From a virus (lineage: Duplodnaviria > Caudoviricetes), in IMG/VR virus record IMGVR_UViG_3300021256_000078, positions 31,238 to 95,237 of that record: 64,000 nt of DNA. One strand, written 5' to 3'. Position numbers and translations under genes: made by a program. Positions 29,596 through 41,400 of this stretch are shown piece by piece. The notes below the pieces were generated by a model. That model did no database searches, was not told the origin of the DNA, and saw nothing but the letters and a program-made list of their open reading frames with translations. Positions within the stretch are counted from its first letter, which is position 1. The number at the start of each line of letters is the position of its first letter.

Positions 29596-29952
29596 TTATT
29601 CGTCAACGAGAACCTGATCGTCAAGAACATCCTTCACATTGACAAACTTAATGTCGCTGGCATATGCATGATCGTTTGCATCCAGCACTCTCACCTGAAC
29701 GGCCGCAACAGAATTGTACTTGCCGACCGAGAACGTGTTGGCTTCCTCCTGGGTAAGACGCAGGGATCCCTTGTAGATTATGCGTTCATCTTCAGTTTCC
29801 GTGGTGAAGGTGAGATCCGCTTCGGTCTTCTCAAACACCACGTTTCCGTTCTGAGAGTAGGTGATCAGGATTTTCTTGTAGGTTGCAGGATCGTCCGGGA
29901 AAGTAAAAGTATGCAGTGGTGTAGTTGCACGAAACATGGCGTTTACCTCCAT
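29596..29952 (-). CDS. BppU-like baseplate protein
   Basis: RATTP..F, LTQEE, VQVRV; precedes the fibre gene. Confidence 0.6.
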   Translation of the reverse strand: MEVNAMFRATTPLHTFTFPDDPATYKKILITYSQNGNVVFEKTEADLTFTTETEDERIIYKGSLRLTQEEANTFSVGKYNSVAAVQVRVLDANDHAYASDIKFVNVKDVLDDQVLVDE

Positions 29953-29956
29953 TAAT

Positions 29957-31561
29957 TTAGTTTGCGTTTATTTCCAAAAGCTTTTTCCAGGTTTCAAGGT
30001 CCACAATTCCGTTCGCCTGAAGTCCAAAATGCTTTTGAAAATCTGTTATTTTTTGCTGCATTTCCTTGCCGAAGATGCCGGTCACAACAATTGTATAGCC
30101 CCAGCAAAGAAGTGCCGCCTGGGCGAGTTTCACATCGGCCCCCTCATCTTCCATTTTAATTTCACGAATCTGAATGACCTTGCGTGGAACTCCAGTGTCA
30201 GGTTCGGTTTCCAGTTCAGTTGTGGAGGACTCTGGTTTTTTGAGAATCTCATTAAGAACCTTTCTGGTGTCGTCGCCGACTTCTCCGTCAACCGGCTCAA
30301 GGTGATGCTGCCTTTGAAACTTCATGACCGCACGCTTTGTGTTATCGCCGTAGTCTCCGTCAGCGCCATCAGGACCGACATCATAACCCATTTTCAGAAG
30401 ATCCTTCTGAAGCTGTCGGACATCTTCTCCTATGCAGCCGAGTTTCAGAATTCGCTCGCCCGATGCCGGCTGGTCAACGTCGAATGCCGTATTGTCGTCC
30501 AGACTTTCCACAAGAGCCCAGTTTGGTCTGCCATAACCGATAATGTTACTCGAGTTAATCGGATAGGTACGCCTTGCCACCATGTCGGACGTGTTGCCCT
30601 CAATCGTTGTGACGGTTCCATTTTGAACAGACTCGACCATTCCTGTATGACTGTATTCTCCCGGCGCATAGGTGAAAAAGATCTGGTCGCCAGGCTGAGG
30701 ATTGCTCGTATACCAGGCTCCGTTCTGCTTATAGTATTGCGCTGAATAAAGACATCCGGCTCCAGCAGAACGAAGCGGCTGATAGAGCATACGTCTTCCT
30801 ATGTCCGGTCCAAAGCATGTGACAAAGCACCAGTCATAGGCAACATCGCAGTAGGGATAGCCGTTTTTGCCGCCGTTATAAAAGTTTTTGAGTTTATCGA
30901 GATCTCTGGCGTACTTCGTCCAGTTCCCGGCTCCGGCATTCGCGGTTTTATCATCAAGCTGCGAATTGGAAGCTTTTTCGCAATAGCCAACTTCGGAACG
31001 TGCAAGATTAAGAACCGCATTCACGGCTTCCTGTTTTGTCATACTGCTCGTCCCTCCCGTATCGAGATTTTTGAATCGTTCATAGAATTGTTCAGAAGAT
31101 GCATAACGGATTGGTTTCTGCCGGTCTTTGCCGTCCGGATTTTCCCATTTGTCCAGCAGCTGCCAGCTGAGGTCCGCCAGGTCATGGCTAGTTGTAACAA
31201 GCCGCCACTGTACCGGGAAGTTGTGCTGCATTTCCCAAAGCAGAAAAGCAATCTGCGTTTCCGAATCTCCGATGGACTTTCCTCGTGCCCGGCAGAAATC
31301 ATACAGGTTCCCCTTGCGGTCCGGAAAAGTCCACTGAGCATAACCGTAACCGATTCCATCATACATGAACTGGTGTCGGGTGATCAGTCCGCTGTCAACC
31401 TGACTTGTGTAAGCAGCATCATTTCTGCCCTTGGAATCTTCTGCGTTGTTAGAAAGAAAGACGCCTTCATGCTGAATCTGTCCGAGTACAGCACAGGCGC
31501 CTTCAATTGTCATACCGGCTTTTCGAAAAGTTCGGTACATATGTTCCTGGATGGTCATCAT
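29957..31561 (-). CDS. endolysin: phage-tail-lysozyme domain, CHAP domain and two PG-binding domains
   Basis: GQIQHEG..GYGYAQWT; YPYCD..HTGMV..TIEGNT; DGDYGDNT..AV..FQ. Confidence 0.9.
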   Translation of the reverse strand: MMTIQEHMYRTFRKAGMTIEGACAVLGQIQHEGVFLSNNAEDSKGRNDAAYTSQVDSGLITRHQFMYDGIGYGYAQWTFPDRKGNLYDFCRARGKSIGDSETQIAFLLWEMQHNFPVQWRLVTTSHDLADLSWQLLDKWENPDGKDRQKPIRYASSEQFYERFKNLDTGGTSSMTKQEAVNAVLNLARSEVGYCEKASNSQLDDKTANAGAGNWTKYARDLDKLKNFYNGGKNGYPYCDVAYDWCFVTCFGPDIGRRMLYQPLRSAGAGCLYSAQYYKQNGAWYTSNPQPGDQIFFTYAPGEYSHTGMVESVQNGTVTTIEGNTSDMVARRTYPINSSNIIGYGRPNWALVESLDDNTAFDVDQPASGERILKLGCIGEDVRQLQKDLLKMGYDVGPDGADGDYGDNTKRAVMKFQRQHHLEPVDGEVGDDTRKVLNEILKKPESSTTELETEPDTGVPRKVIQIREIKMEDEGADVKLAQAALLCWGYTIVVTGIFGKEMQQKITDFQKHFGLQANGIVDLETWKKLLEINAN

Positions 31562-31611
31562 AAATCACCTCCAGACTTCTATTTTGATTATTCAGTTTTG
31601 AATAGGTAAGC

Positions 31612-34600
31612 TCATAGTAGATCTACGATTTGATTGATAGCATCTTTAAGGCTGCCGGAACCGTTATACTGCGACGTTACAATCTCATCGCCAGCGGATA
31701 CGGTTGACGGAAGCACAATGCTTGAGTTGTTTGGTATCATTGGATCAATATTGTTGCGAACTCTATTAAAATCAAACGCAGAGAATTCCTCTCCAGCGGT
31801 AACTTTATGAAAGTCGATTCGAGCCAGTCCTGCCTCTTCTCGCACATCATTGACGAAATCGAGAAAAGCATTCCATGCGGTCGCGGTAATGGCAAGATCC
31901 ACGCGCTCTCCGACTGCAAAATAAGTCGCATCGGCCTGGTCGCTTCCATGCCAGTAGAACTTATCTCGTGCTTTCCATACCGCGTACAATGTCAGACTGC
32001 GAGTCGGCGTAAATGATTGAAGCGGTTGTATCGTCTGTGGAAAGCCATCATCATCCGTATAGGACCAGTGTTGAAAGACAGAACCGGCTTTGGTAAAATG
32101 GCACTGCCCGACCGTCCAAATATCGTAGGTAATTGCAAGCGGTGTATGAACCACGCTATTTCCCCCGCCGGAACCACCGTCGTTGTATGTCAGTGTGTAG
32201 CCGTTTTGCCAGATGGCATCGAGGATGAAGCTTATGGTAATCTCTAAGGTCTGTCCTGGCGTATATATTATTGTAGTGTCATCCCGTCGTTGCCATCCGG
32301 TACATACCTGTGTTGTGGTAGGTTGAGGAGACGGAAGAGTAATTTCCCCACCGATTCTGGCATACAGAGACGAGCCGTATTGACTCCCATTGCTGTAACA
32401 AATAACAACAACCCGCCAGATGGCATACAGGACTGCAGATTCATTTTTGCTATAGGTGTCACCGGCTTCATACTGCCTAGCTGCCATTCGATCTGAATTT
32501 GTTGACCAACCGAAAAACGTATGTCCACTCCAAGTTGGTATAATGGTACTTAATGTCAGATCGACATCTTCCCATTTTCGTTGGCTAGAGGGTACGCTAG
32601 CAGCATCGCCGCCATTGGCATTATATGAAATATCATAAAATGTCTTCCAGACGGCAAGCAGCGTAATACTTTCACTCAGGTTTTGAATGGTGGCGCCGGG
32701 AGAATAGGAGTCTGTACTATGGGCAACCTGCCACATATAGAGCCCTTTGCCCCCGGAATCTGCCATAGTCGGGCATGTTACCGAACCGCCAATGGGACAC
32801 AATTTTTCTACTAATAAGCTGGACCCATTATAGAAAGCAGCCACGCAACGCCATACTGCATAAAGATCTAAGTCATCATTACCACTGTAAGTTGCACCGG
32901 AAGCATACTGAGCAGATGCGCTGGCAGCAGAACTGGTTGACCATCCCATAAACCTGAGGTTGCCATTTGTCGGAACCGTGCTGCTTAATGTAAGATCGAC
33001 ACCATGCGTTTTTGTCTGCGCACTCGGTGCTCCAGTACCGCCATTGGCATGATAGGAAACTGTATAGGTTTTTCGTCTCCACTGAGCGTATAAAGATGCG
33101 GGACTATTAGCCCTATAAGTTCCTCCAGGACTATAGTAATCTGTACCATCATACCAGTTGACAAAGTCGTAACCGCTCCTTGTCGGAACCGTGCTGCTTA
33201 GCGTGAGATCGACGCCATGTGTTTTTGTCTGTGCGCTCGGTGCTCCAGTGCCACCGTTGGCATTATAGGAAACCGTATAGGTTTTTCGTCTCCATTGGGC
33301 ATATAGAGACGCGGGACTATTAGCGGTGTAAGTTCCTCCAGGGCTATAGTAATCTGTCCCGTCAAACCAATTGACAAAATCGTAACCACTCCTTGTCGGA
33401 ACCGTGCTGCTTAGCGTGAGATCAACGTTGTGTATTTTTGTCTGTTCGCTTGGGGCCCCTGTACCGCCATTTGCGTGATAGGTAATGGTGTATGCTCTCA
33501 GCCAGAAAGCATACAGTGTCATGTTCCTTTTCGGTGTTACCCGATCTCCAGGACGATAGATGTGCTCTTGATCATATTCGTCCGAATACGTCCAATACTG
33601 AAATGCATACCCAGTTCTTTGAAACCAGTTTTCATATATAGTATAAGTTGAACTGCCGGACTGAGTTCGTGAAGAACCGCTGGTCGCGTTGCTTCCGTTA
33701 TAGGTGATACTATAGTAAGTCGTTTTCCATGCTGCGTAGAGAGTAGTATCGCCGGTGAAATCCTCATAACAGATTTGGTCTTCAAATACTACAATTTTGC
33801 CATCGATGGTAGCATACCAGTATTGGAATTTCTCGGTTTCTGTGTCCTTTGGGACCGGCAACGACATGCATTCGCCTTCATATAAGTCGAACTCTTCACC
33901 CAAATCATGATCGAACAAGGTAATGGTGATTTTATCCTCTGTTCGTGTAGTCCAATGCGCGTAGAGTGTAGTGTCTTTAGAAAAAGACGCAAAGTCCCCA
34001 TCGTAGTATTTGGCCCAACTACCATCACTCAACTTCTCATACCAGTAATCGAACTTTTCTGTTTCCGTATCGTCCAACCCGGTAATCATGAGTCCGTCTG
34101 TAATATATTGTTCATCCACCAGCACTCCTTTGCTGATGAATGAAATCTTGATCCGCTTAATTTCCGACCATTGCGCGTATAAAGTAAGATTGCGGGTTAG
34201 GGTTATTGTGTCCCCGACATTTACTGTTTGCGGAAAGCCATCATCATCGGTATATACCCAGTCCTTAAATTCATAACCATCCCTGTAAAAACCGCATCTT
34301 GGAACGACATATGTTGTGGCACCTGTCTTGGCAGTCATGCTGCCGGTTGCGTCTGTAGCGCCGGGGTTAAAGGATAGTGTATATGTTACCGCGGGCTTAA
34401 CATAAGTTGCTACAAGAGTTCCTGTTTTGTCGGCAGTGAAACTGATTATACGGTCCTTCCAAGTACCATCACTGTTCGTTATTTGCTGCTGGGATTGGTC
34501 AGTACGTTCGTAATAAACCGGATGCTTGTAGCTTGAGGAAGGAGCGCAACTTGTAATCGTTAGTTCAGTTCCTTCCGCACGAGTCCATGATGCTTCAGGT

Positions 34601-35004
34601 CCGTCGTTCTGTAGACTCCATGTACCACTTCCGCCATCTGACATACTCCACGAAAATGAAGGAACACTGGTAGAAGGCTTTATTTTAACGGTGTAATATG
34701 CGGTTGCATATAATGTACCTACTTTATCTACATTGCAGTTTATATCAGCATCTTCGAATGCGCCATCAGCATTGACAATCGTTTGCTTATATGCCCAAGG
34801 TTGTGTTCGATCAAAAATAATAGGAGCGTGATATCCATTCTTAGTTGTGACATTGGTAATGGTTAGCTTTGCACTTGCATTCCCTTGTACACTGATCGTA
34901 CCGCCGCCCTGGGTTGTGTCCTCCAGACGAGTTTGTCCGCTTACGAATACCCATTTAACATACCTAATACTGTCACTTGATACACTTATGCTTATACTTG
35001 GCAT
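31612..35004 (-). CDS. InlB B-repeat (Listeria-Bacteroides repeat) virion protein
   Basis: More than 10 repeats of the type Y.ANGG..P...GY.F..W...LYAQW. Confidence 0.85.
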   Translation of the reverse strand: MPSISISVSSDSIRYVKWVFVSGQTRLEDTTQGGGTISVQGNASAKLTITNVTTKNGYHAPIIFDRTQPWAYKQTIVNADGAFEDADINCNVDKVGTLYATAYYTVKIKPSTSVPSFSWSMSDGGSGTWSLQNDGPEASWTRAEGTELTITSCAPSSSYKHPVYYERTDQSQQQITNSDGTWKDRIISFTADKTGTLVATYVKPAVTYTLSFNPGATDATGSMTAKTGATTYVVPRCGFYRDGYEFKDWVYTDDDGFPQTVNVGDTITLTRNLTLYAQWSEIKRIKISFISKGVLVDEQYITDGLMITGLDDTETEKFDYWYEKLSDGSWAKYYDGDFASFSKDTTLYAHWTTRTEDKITITLFDHDLGEEFDLYEGECMSLPVPKDTETEKFQYWYATIDGKIVVFEDQICYEDFTGDTTLYAAWKTTYYSITYNGSNATSGSSRTQSGSSTYTIYENWFQRTGYAFQYWTYSDEYDQEHIYRPGDRVTPKRNMTLYAFWLRAYTITYHANGGTGAPSEQTKIHNVDLTLSSTVPTRSGYDFVNWFDGTDYYSPGGTYTANSPASLYAQWRRKTYTVSYNANGGTGAPSAQTKTHGVDLTLSSTVPTRSGYDFVNWYDGTDYYSPGGTYRANSPASLYAQWRRKTYTVSYHANGGTGAPSAQTKTHGVDLTLSSTVPTNGNLRFMGWSTSSAASASAQYASGATYSGNDDLDLYAVWRCVAAFYNGSSLLVEKLCPIGGSVTCPTMADSGGKGLYMWQVAHSTDSYSPGATIQNLSESITLLAVWKTFYDISYNANGGDAASVPSSQRKWEDVDLTLSTIIPTWSGHTFFGWSTNSDRMAARQYEAGDTYSKNESAVLYAIWRVVVICYSNGSQYGSSLYARIGGEITLPSPQPTTTQVCTGWQRRDDTTIIYTPGQTLEITISFILDAIWQNGYTLTYNDGGSGGGNSVVHTPLAITYDIWTVGQCHFTKAGSVFQHWSYTDDDGFPQTIQPLQSFTPTRSLTLYAVWKARDKFYWHGSDQADATYFAVGERVDLAITATAWNAFLDFVNDVREEAGLARIDFHKVTAGEEFSAFDFNRVRNNIDPMIPNNSSIVLPSTVSAGDEIVTSQYNGSGSLKDAINQIVDLL

Positions 35005-35008
35005 TCAA

Positions 35009-37633
35009 TCACGCTCCAAACACTGCTTTTGCCTTTACATTTACCTTATGGTCTCCACCGGTCCAGTCTGCAGCTCCGATCTTAAGATCTCCATTGCTGT
35101 CTAACGTAAGCTCATGGGTATGCAGACTCATACTATATGCGGCTCCGTTCTTTCGGATGAAGTACGTGTCGCCATAATATCCTGCGGCGTCAACGTATCG
35201 ATCAATCAGAGCACGATCGGCCATGACTGTCATAGCGGCCACCACATCTGAATAGAACAGCTGCAGGTCCTCGTCCAGTTTCTTAAGTTCAATAGCCTTG
35301 TCCAGAATCTTGTTGCTGTTCACTGCTCCTGCGGCTATTTTTTCGGCAACAACCGCCCCATTTTGAATTTTCGCAACGGTAACCGCTCCATCCTTGACTT
35401 TGGTCTCCGTAACAGCTCCGTCTACCAGATGCCAGCCGGAAATACCGCCTGATGCGATATTCGAACCACCGACAGCGCCTGTCGCGATATGCTCTGATGT
35501 GATACTGTGACTTCCGATGCGTTTCGGAGGGATCATGCCGCGACGAAGTCTTGAGGCATCTTCCAGGCTTGACCATTCAGAAGATGCTTTGGCGTTGCTG
35601 ACTTCGATTTCTGTACAGCGTTCTTTCAGTACGTCATAGGTGTAGCTCGTAACCTTCGCCTTAACATCGATTCCAAGCTTTGCAAACCGTACTGTAACAG
35701 CATCATACAGGCGAATATTCTCTTTAGCGATCGGATCCATATACGGACTGCTCATGATGTCGGCATAACTGACGGTCAAATCAATTGCCGGGATGCCGAT
35801 GTCGTTGATCAGGATCCATTCCTTTGCTTTTTTATTGAGATACTCTGCCTTGATGTTCCTCTGCAGTTCTTCCGGAGTTTCTGCAAAAAAGTATTCACTC
35901 AGGTCAAGAGGCTGAATCTTTTGCTGTCCGTTTGGCAGGCTCTCGCATCCTTCAGCATACTGAACCGTTCCATACACGTACTTTTCTTCATCCGTATAGC
36001 TTTCGGTTACATAATAAACGCCGCCTGCTGTCGGATTTCTAACGACACTATAGCTATAACCGCTGATAACATAATACGTCGGAGGTGTGTAGCCTTTAGC
36101 TGGATCCGCAACTCCGAAATCAAAGTAAGAAATATCTGCTTCGATAAATGAACCCAGGGTTGGAGAAGTGACGTAATATGTCTTGGTTCGGTCATAGTGC
36201 TTATCTGTCGTGGCGGTATACTCAGTAACGGTCTGCTCCCAGTATCTGATTCCGGTCTTAAAACCAAGGTCTTCCTGACCGATAACAGGCACATAGGTAA
36301 CCTCACCGACTGGTTCCTGAGTCTCTTCATCATATTCCTGCAATTCACTTTCGATGTAATAAGTTTTCTGCCAATTATAATGCTCATCCTGCGTGACTGC
36401 AGAGGCCTCAGGCGCATCATAATAGGTTACTCCAGATCTGAAATCGAAATCACTCAATACACATTTTCGATACTTTCCATTTTCTAAAATATAATAGACG
36501 GTACCACTTTCAGGATCGATATCCGGAGTCTCTGTATATACAGGATCAGTCGCCTCATAATAGACAATGTTCCGATAGTCTGGATCACAGAAGTCCAGGT
36601 CCCATATTTCAAGAGCCCGATATCCCCCATCATTGACGTAAAACGACTGTTCGGTTGTATAATGTTCAATTGATGACGGTTTCGGAGAATAGCTTGGCAC
36701 CCTTGCGTAGTACGTGACGCCGCTTTCAAAAGTATCTCCGGTGTACAGCGTATAGTTCGTTGATTCTGAATTTCCGCGAATGGTTCCCTTCCAATACGGG
36801 ATTACACCGGTAATCATTTCGGAAATATTCTTTTCCTGGGTGAGATCAATAAGATCGATGCCATACTCAATCACCACACCGCGGTCTGCTCCTCCGCTCT
36901 TTTGAAGCTGAACAGTGCAGTTATCGAAGATAATATCTCCGCCGTAAAAACCGAGCACACTGGAATCTCCATCCAGTAGCGCCGCCCGCAGGGATGTCGG
37001 TGTGTCGAGTGAAAAGCTTTCAATAGCGACCCAGTGACTCGGATTGAATTCTCCTTCCGCCGTCGGAATATCCTGGATGCACTGAAAAGTCGTAACACCT
37101 CCGACTGTGACGTAATCGCCCTTGGAATAAGTACCACGGTTGCTGTACGGTGAAATGTTATAGCCCGAAACTTTAAACGGAAACAGAGTATCGCTTCCGA
37201 CATGGATCAGATGATCCGCATCCAGCATGGTGGAAATGGCGGTCGACGGCATGAGGACATTCTTGAAGGTTTTCACCGGATAATTCCCAAGATCATAGGA
37301 AATATGCTGACAGTTTATCGTCGTCATCCCGTTGATGTTTTTCTCAATGCCGTAAATACGGAACATCTGATAACTTGACAGCCAGTTATTCGCCTTAGCC
37401 GCAATGATCCTTCCGATCGTCAATTCGGAATATAAAGTTCCGTTCGGCGGATACTGAAGCGAAAGTTCAAATTCACCTTCCGAGTTCTGCGTAACCTGGC
37501 ACTCTGTCGCTTCCATCAGGTCCCCAATGCCATGGGTTTGGAGCAGGGATTGAAGGGCGAAGTAGCCCGCCATCGTTTTCGTATCGAATTTATTGATATT
37601 GGATTCGAACAGAATTGGAATCATGAGCAGCAT
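35009..37633 (-). CDS. Tal / tail endopeptidase-like hub protein
   Basis: GEFELSLQYP, QMFRIY, YGIDL, LYDAVTV; follows Dit. Confidence 0.8.
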   Translation of the reverse strand: MLLMIPILFESNINKFDTKTMAGYFALQSLLQTHGIGDLMEATECQVTQNSEGEFELSLQYPPNGTLYSELTIGRIIAAKANNWLSSYQMFRIYGIEKNINGMTTINCQHISYDLGNYPVKTFKNVLMPSTAISTMLDADHLIHVGSDTLFPFKVSGYNISPYSNRGTYSKGDYVTVGGVTTFQCIQDIPTAEGEFNPSHWVAIESFSLDTPTSLRAALLDGDSSVLGFYGGDIIFDNCTVQLQKSGGADRGVVIEYGIDLIDLTQEKNISEMITGVIPYWKGTIRGNSESTNYTLYTGDTFESGVTYYARVPSYSPKPSSIEHYTTEQSFYVNDGGYRALEIWDLDFCDPDYRNIVYYEATDPVYTETPDIDPESGTVYYILENGKYRKCVLSDFDFRSGVTYYDAPEASAVTQDEHYNWQKTYYIESELQEYDEETQEPVGEVTYVPVIGQEDLGFKTGIRYWEQTVTEYTATTDKHYDRTKTYYVTSPTLGSFIEADISYFDFGVADPAKGYTPPTYYVISGYSYSVVRNPTAGGVYYVTESYTDEEKYVYGTVQYAEGCESLPNGQQKIQPLDLSEYFFAETPEELQRNIKAEYLNKKAKEWILINDIGIPAIDLTVSYADIMSSPYMDPIAKENIRLYDAVTVRFAKLGIDVKAKVTSYTYDVLKERCTEIEVSNAKASSEWSSLEDASRLRRGMIPPKRIGSHSITSEHIATGAVGGSNIASGGISGWHLVDGAVTETKVKDGAVTVAKIQNGAVVAEKIAAGAVNSNKILDKAIELKKLDEDLQLFYSDVVAAMTVMADRALIDRYVDAAGYYGDTYFIRKNGAAYSMSLHTHELTLDSNGDLKIGAADWTGGDHKVNVKAKAVFGA

Positions 37634-37650
37634 TCACCCTTTCTTTTTGC

Positions 37651-38436
37651 TTATATGGTCCACCATCGAGGAACCAGCCGGACATTTTTGATATCGCCAT
37701 CCCAGATAATCTGCATTTGTTTTCCGAGGTGCAGTCCTTCAAATGCCCCGGTGATTCTTCCATTTGCAGAGCTGTATGATGTCTCCGGTTCGGTTTTTCC
37801 AATTGCCTGGTGAGTCGCGGTATCGATGATACATGTATAATTCTGCGTATAGATCGGAATGAGGTCGTCATCTGAGAGTGCCCCAAATGCGATTGCCCCT
37901 CCGCCGCTACCCGAAGTTGGAGAAACCGAAATATGCCCACTTCCGTATATGGTATCAAGATCAAACTTTATAATCGGTTTTGCTGTGAAATTAGATGGAT
38001 TTGTGAGGATCTGACCGTTGGTCAATGCGATCTCATCTGACCCAATTTTGTAATATTTTTCCGGTGCACAGTTGAACGTCAACGTTCCCTCGCCGTATTC
38101 GTTGAAGAAACTGACGAATTCATAGCCTCCGATAACATAGGCCATCCGATAAAATCCTGGAAAATAACTGTCTTCCAGTCTCTGGTAGCCCGTATTACCG
38201 AGCAGCCAGTCGGAGAGCTTGGGGATCACTTCCTCAAGCCCTCCTTTGCATTTGGCATCAAGAAAAACCTCGTACTGCATTTCATAGTTTTCAAAGGCAT
38301 CCTGTTCAATGATAACGTCGCCATTTCGCCCTGGGATCTGCACTACTTCGATTTTTCGTCTCGGAATCTGGACTTTCGGATAATGTTCTACGATAACGCC
38401 CAGATCATCGCTGCATGTTCCAGCCCATGTAATCAT
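37651..38436 (-). CDS. distal tail protein (Dit)
   Basis: IPGRNGD, GYQRLEDSY, FNCAP, PRWWTI; follows the tape measure gene. Confidence 0.85.
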   Translation of the reverse strand: MITWAGTCSDDLGVIVEHYPKVQIPRRKIEVVQIPGRNGDVIIEQDAFENYEMQYEVFLDAKCKGGLEEVIPKLSDWLLGNTGYQRLEDSYFPGFYRMAYVIGGYEFVSFFNEYGEGTLTFNCAPEKYYKIGSDEIALTNGQILTNPSNFTAKPIIKFDLDTIYGSGHISVSPTSGSGGGAIAFGALSDDDLIPIYTQNYTCIIDTATHQAIGKTEPETSYSSANGRITGAFEGLHLGKQMQIIWDGDIKNVRLVPRWWTI

Positions 38437-41400
38437 CCGAAAGCCGCCCTCCTTCTGATCATTTTACTGTTAATTCTGCTGATAACAGCATCGGCAAGGG
38501 CATCTGTGCTCTCACCGGGCTGCTGATAAATATTAAATGTAATTTGGTCTCCATTAACTGTCTGGTTTCCGCCACCTGACATGTTCGCTGCAATCTGTCC
38601 GACCTCGCCGAGGCGTCTGGAGACAGCATTACTCATAGAGGCAGACATGCTGTAACTTCCGCCAAATGCACCGTTCACATAGCTTGCCGCTGAAGATACA
38701 TTTCCCATGTCCACAACCGGCGTAATCCTGGGTGAGAAGTCAAACTCATCCGATGCGATATAGGCGGCCTGAGCCATGGTGCTCATGATCGCCTTAACCA
38801 TCTGATCGCCGAATCCGACAACTTCTGTAATGCCCTCAGAGGCAGCATCAGATACACCGCCGGTGAAACCGAGAATAAAGTTTTTACCTGAAAGCCAGGT
38901 TTTTCGAGAAGGCGAATGCTCATCAAGGGACCTCCGCCCATTGAATGCACCGATCAGCTGCTGACCGATATTCTCAACATTCTTCTGAAGAACGCCGCTG
39001 TTGAACATGTCCGTAATACCATTATTCAGTCCGGTGATCATATTCTCACCGCTGGTATAGTATTGCGGAACGGTAGCGTCCAGTGTGCTGGCTCCGTTTT
39101 TCCCAAGTGCAGTAAACTGATCCATAATCTGCTTGAATCCACCGTCATCTCCGGCCATGCCACTGAGATAGGCTTTGATATCCGTTGCTCCAGCTATCTG
39201 AAATCCATCGAGTGTTTCCGGTGTCTGCAGGTTCGCGGTCATATCTGTCGTGAGTCCAGTCAGTTTTTCCATGATTCCGGATTTGCTGTTTTCAAAGCCC
39301 TCTCCGACTTTGCCGCCAAGACTCTCTGCCGAGTTCAGTACGACCGTTTCCGCTTCTGGCGGGATCAGCCATTCCTGAAGTTTTTCAGATGTGATTCTAG
39401 TGGCGTCTGTGTATCCTGCATCGAGGAACTCAGATGCATCAAAGTTAGCAAAATCCGTAAGCCATTGTGGTGCTTTCATGTCATCGATGCCGAACATATC
39501 ATGCATCCACTTTGGTACAACCCCGAGGGAATTAATTTTATCCGTGATACTCTTAGCAATTGACTGAAACGGCTCAAGTACAATATCGATCAGTATCTTG
39601 CCAATCGATCTGGACAACCATAGAAACGCTTCAGCAACAACTTCCAGAATAACTTCAATCACATTAAACACTGCATGCAGCAATGCTGCCTTGTTTGCTC
39701 TCAAGCCTTCCGCCAGAGCTTCCAGAACGCTGATTACCGAAACAACCAGGAACGAAACCAGAATATCAAGCAAACCGGACACAAATGTCAGGATGTTGGT
39801 AAATAATGTTCTCAGAACCTCAAGTATTTCAGGCCCTTTGAGTGCAATGACCGTCAGGATGGTTACAATCAGTTCCACCACGGCCAAGGATATGTCAAGC
39901 TTTCGTGCCAGGATCGCTGCTGCAATTCCTGCGATGATAAGCCCGAACATTTCGATGAATGTGGTCATATTATCTTTTATGATAGTAAAGGTATCTAAAA
40001 GTGCCTGCACGAATTGCGGAAGCGAATCTGACAGCAGATGAATGGCCGCCGCTACCGCCAGAATTGCGAGGCTAAACACCAGGACTGATCCGGTTACCGA
40101 CAATGCTCCGGCACCAAATCTGAGAACACCGGTGCCAATTAGTTTCATGGCAATCCCAAACAATATCATGGCTCCGGCAAATCCAACCATATAAGCAAGC
40201 GCTTTTCCAAAGCCGCCGACATGCTCGATTAGTTTATCCCATGGAATTGCTGCAATCACTCCACCGACAACTCCGGCGATCATCATGAATGCCGGCACCA
40301 GAATATCAATTGCGACCGCCATAACTACCATTGCGCCTGCCGTTACGATCATTTTGCCGGGATTGATCTGAGACATCCATGAGGCCAGACCGCCAAGTGC
40401 GACCATAAGAAGACCAATTCCGACAAAGCCGCCAAGAATATTCGGCCACTCAAGCTTTCCGATCATGGCAAGCGGCTTCGCAAGAAGACGGATGGCAAAG
40501 GCAAAAGCAACAATTCCGGCTGCGATGCCAATAAGACCATTCCCGTTTTCGACCTTGAGCTTGGACATCCACGTCATCATTCCGCCGAGGGCCACCAACA
40601 GCACGCCAACACCGATAATCCCCTGAATGGCTTGACCGATTTCAAGCTTTCCGATTTGCTTAACAGGCACAGTTATCATCTTAATGGCGAGGGCAACCGC
40701 GATAATTAGGCCGGCGACATGAAGAATCGTATCGCCTTTGAACTTCTTATACCTTGCGCCCTCACGAACCACAAAGCCAATCGCTGCCATAATTCCGCCC
40801 ATACCGATCAGTGCGATCAACAAATTTTGCCATGGAACATCTTTTACAGATTTAACATATTTTCCGACATAATATATGACAGTTGCCATGGTAACCAATA
40901 AGCCGAGTGATTTACCAAAATCATCAAGTTTCAGTTCCTTCATAACGGCCATAGCGCCAATGGCGGCACCAAATATCAACGTAACGGCTGCGAATACTTT
41001 AACAATATCCATCCAGCCAACGTCATTTTTTTTGAATGATACAATCGCATGCGCCAGAACGCCAATCACCGCTGCCAACCCAAGCAGATTCGCTGCCAGT
41101 TTCGGAAGCAGATTGATGGTCGCGCCGTTCAGAATACCCTTAAAATTCTTATTGACATTTTCTTCGCTGAATAAAGAAAGTCCGCCGCCCTTCATCAGTT
41201 TCTGCATCAGGAACAGAATGCCGCCAAGTGCAACTGTCGCAACAACTAGTTTATCTGTCGGCACTTTGGAGAGCAGGAACAGTGCCCCTGCAAGAAGGCC
41301 GATTGCAACTGCGAGTTTGATAAGAATGTTCGCCTTGATGCTATCCTGCATCGCTACAAAGGTATCTTCGATACTCCCGAACATGCCGGAAACCGATTCC

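Noticed and set aside
24021-35004. Diversity-generating retroelement
   Set aside because: No reverse transcriptase in the window; repeat differences are not adenine-specific and both copies are coding
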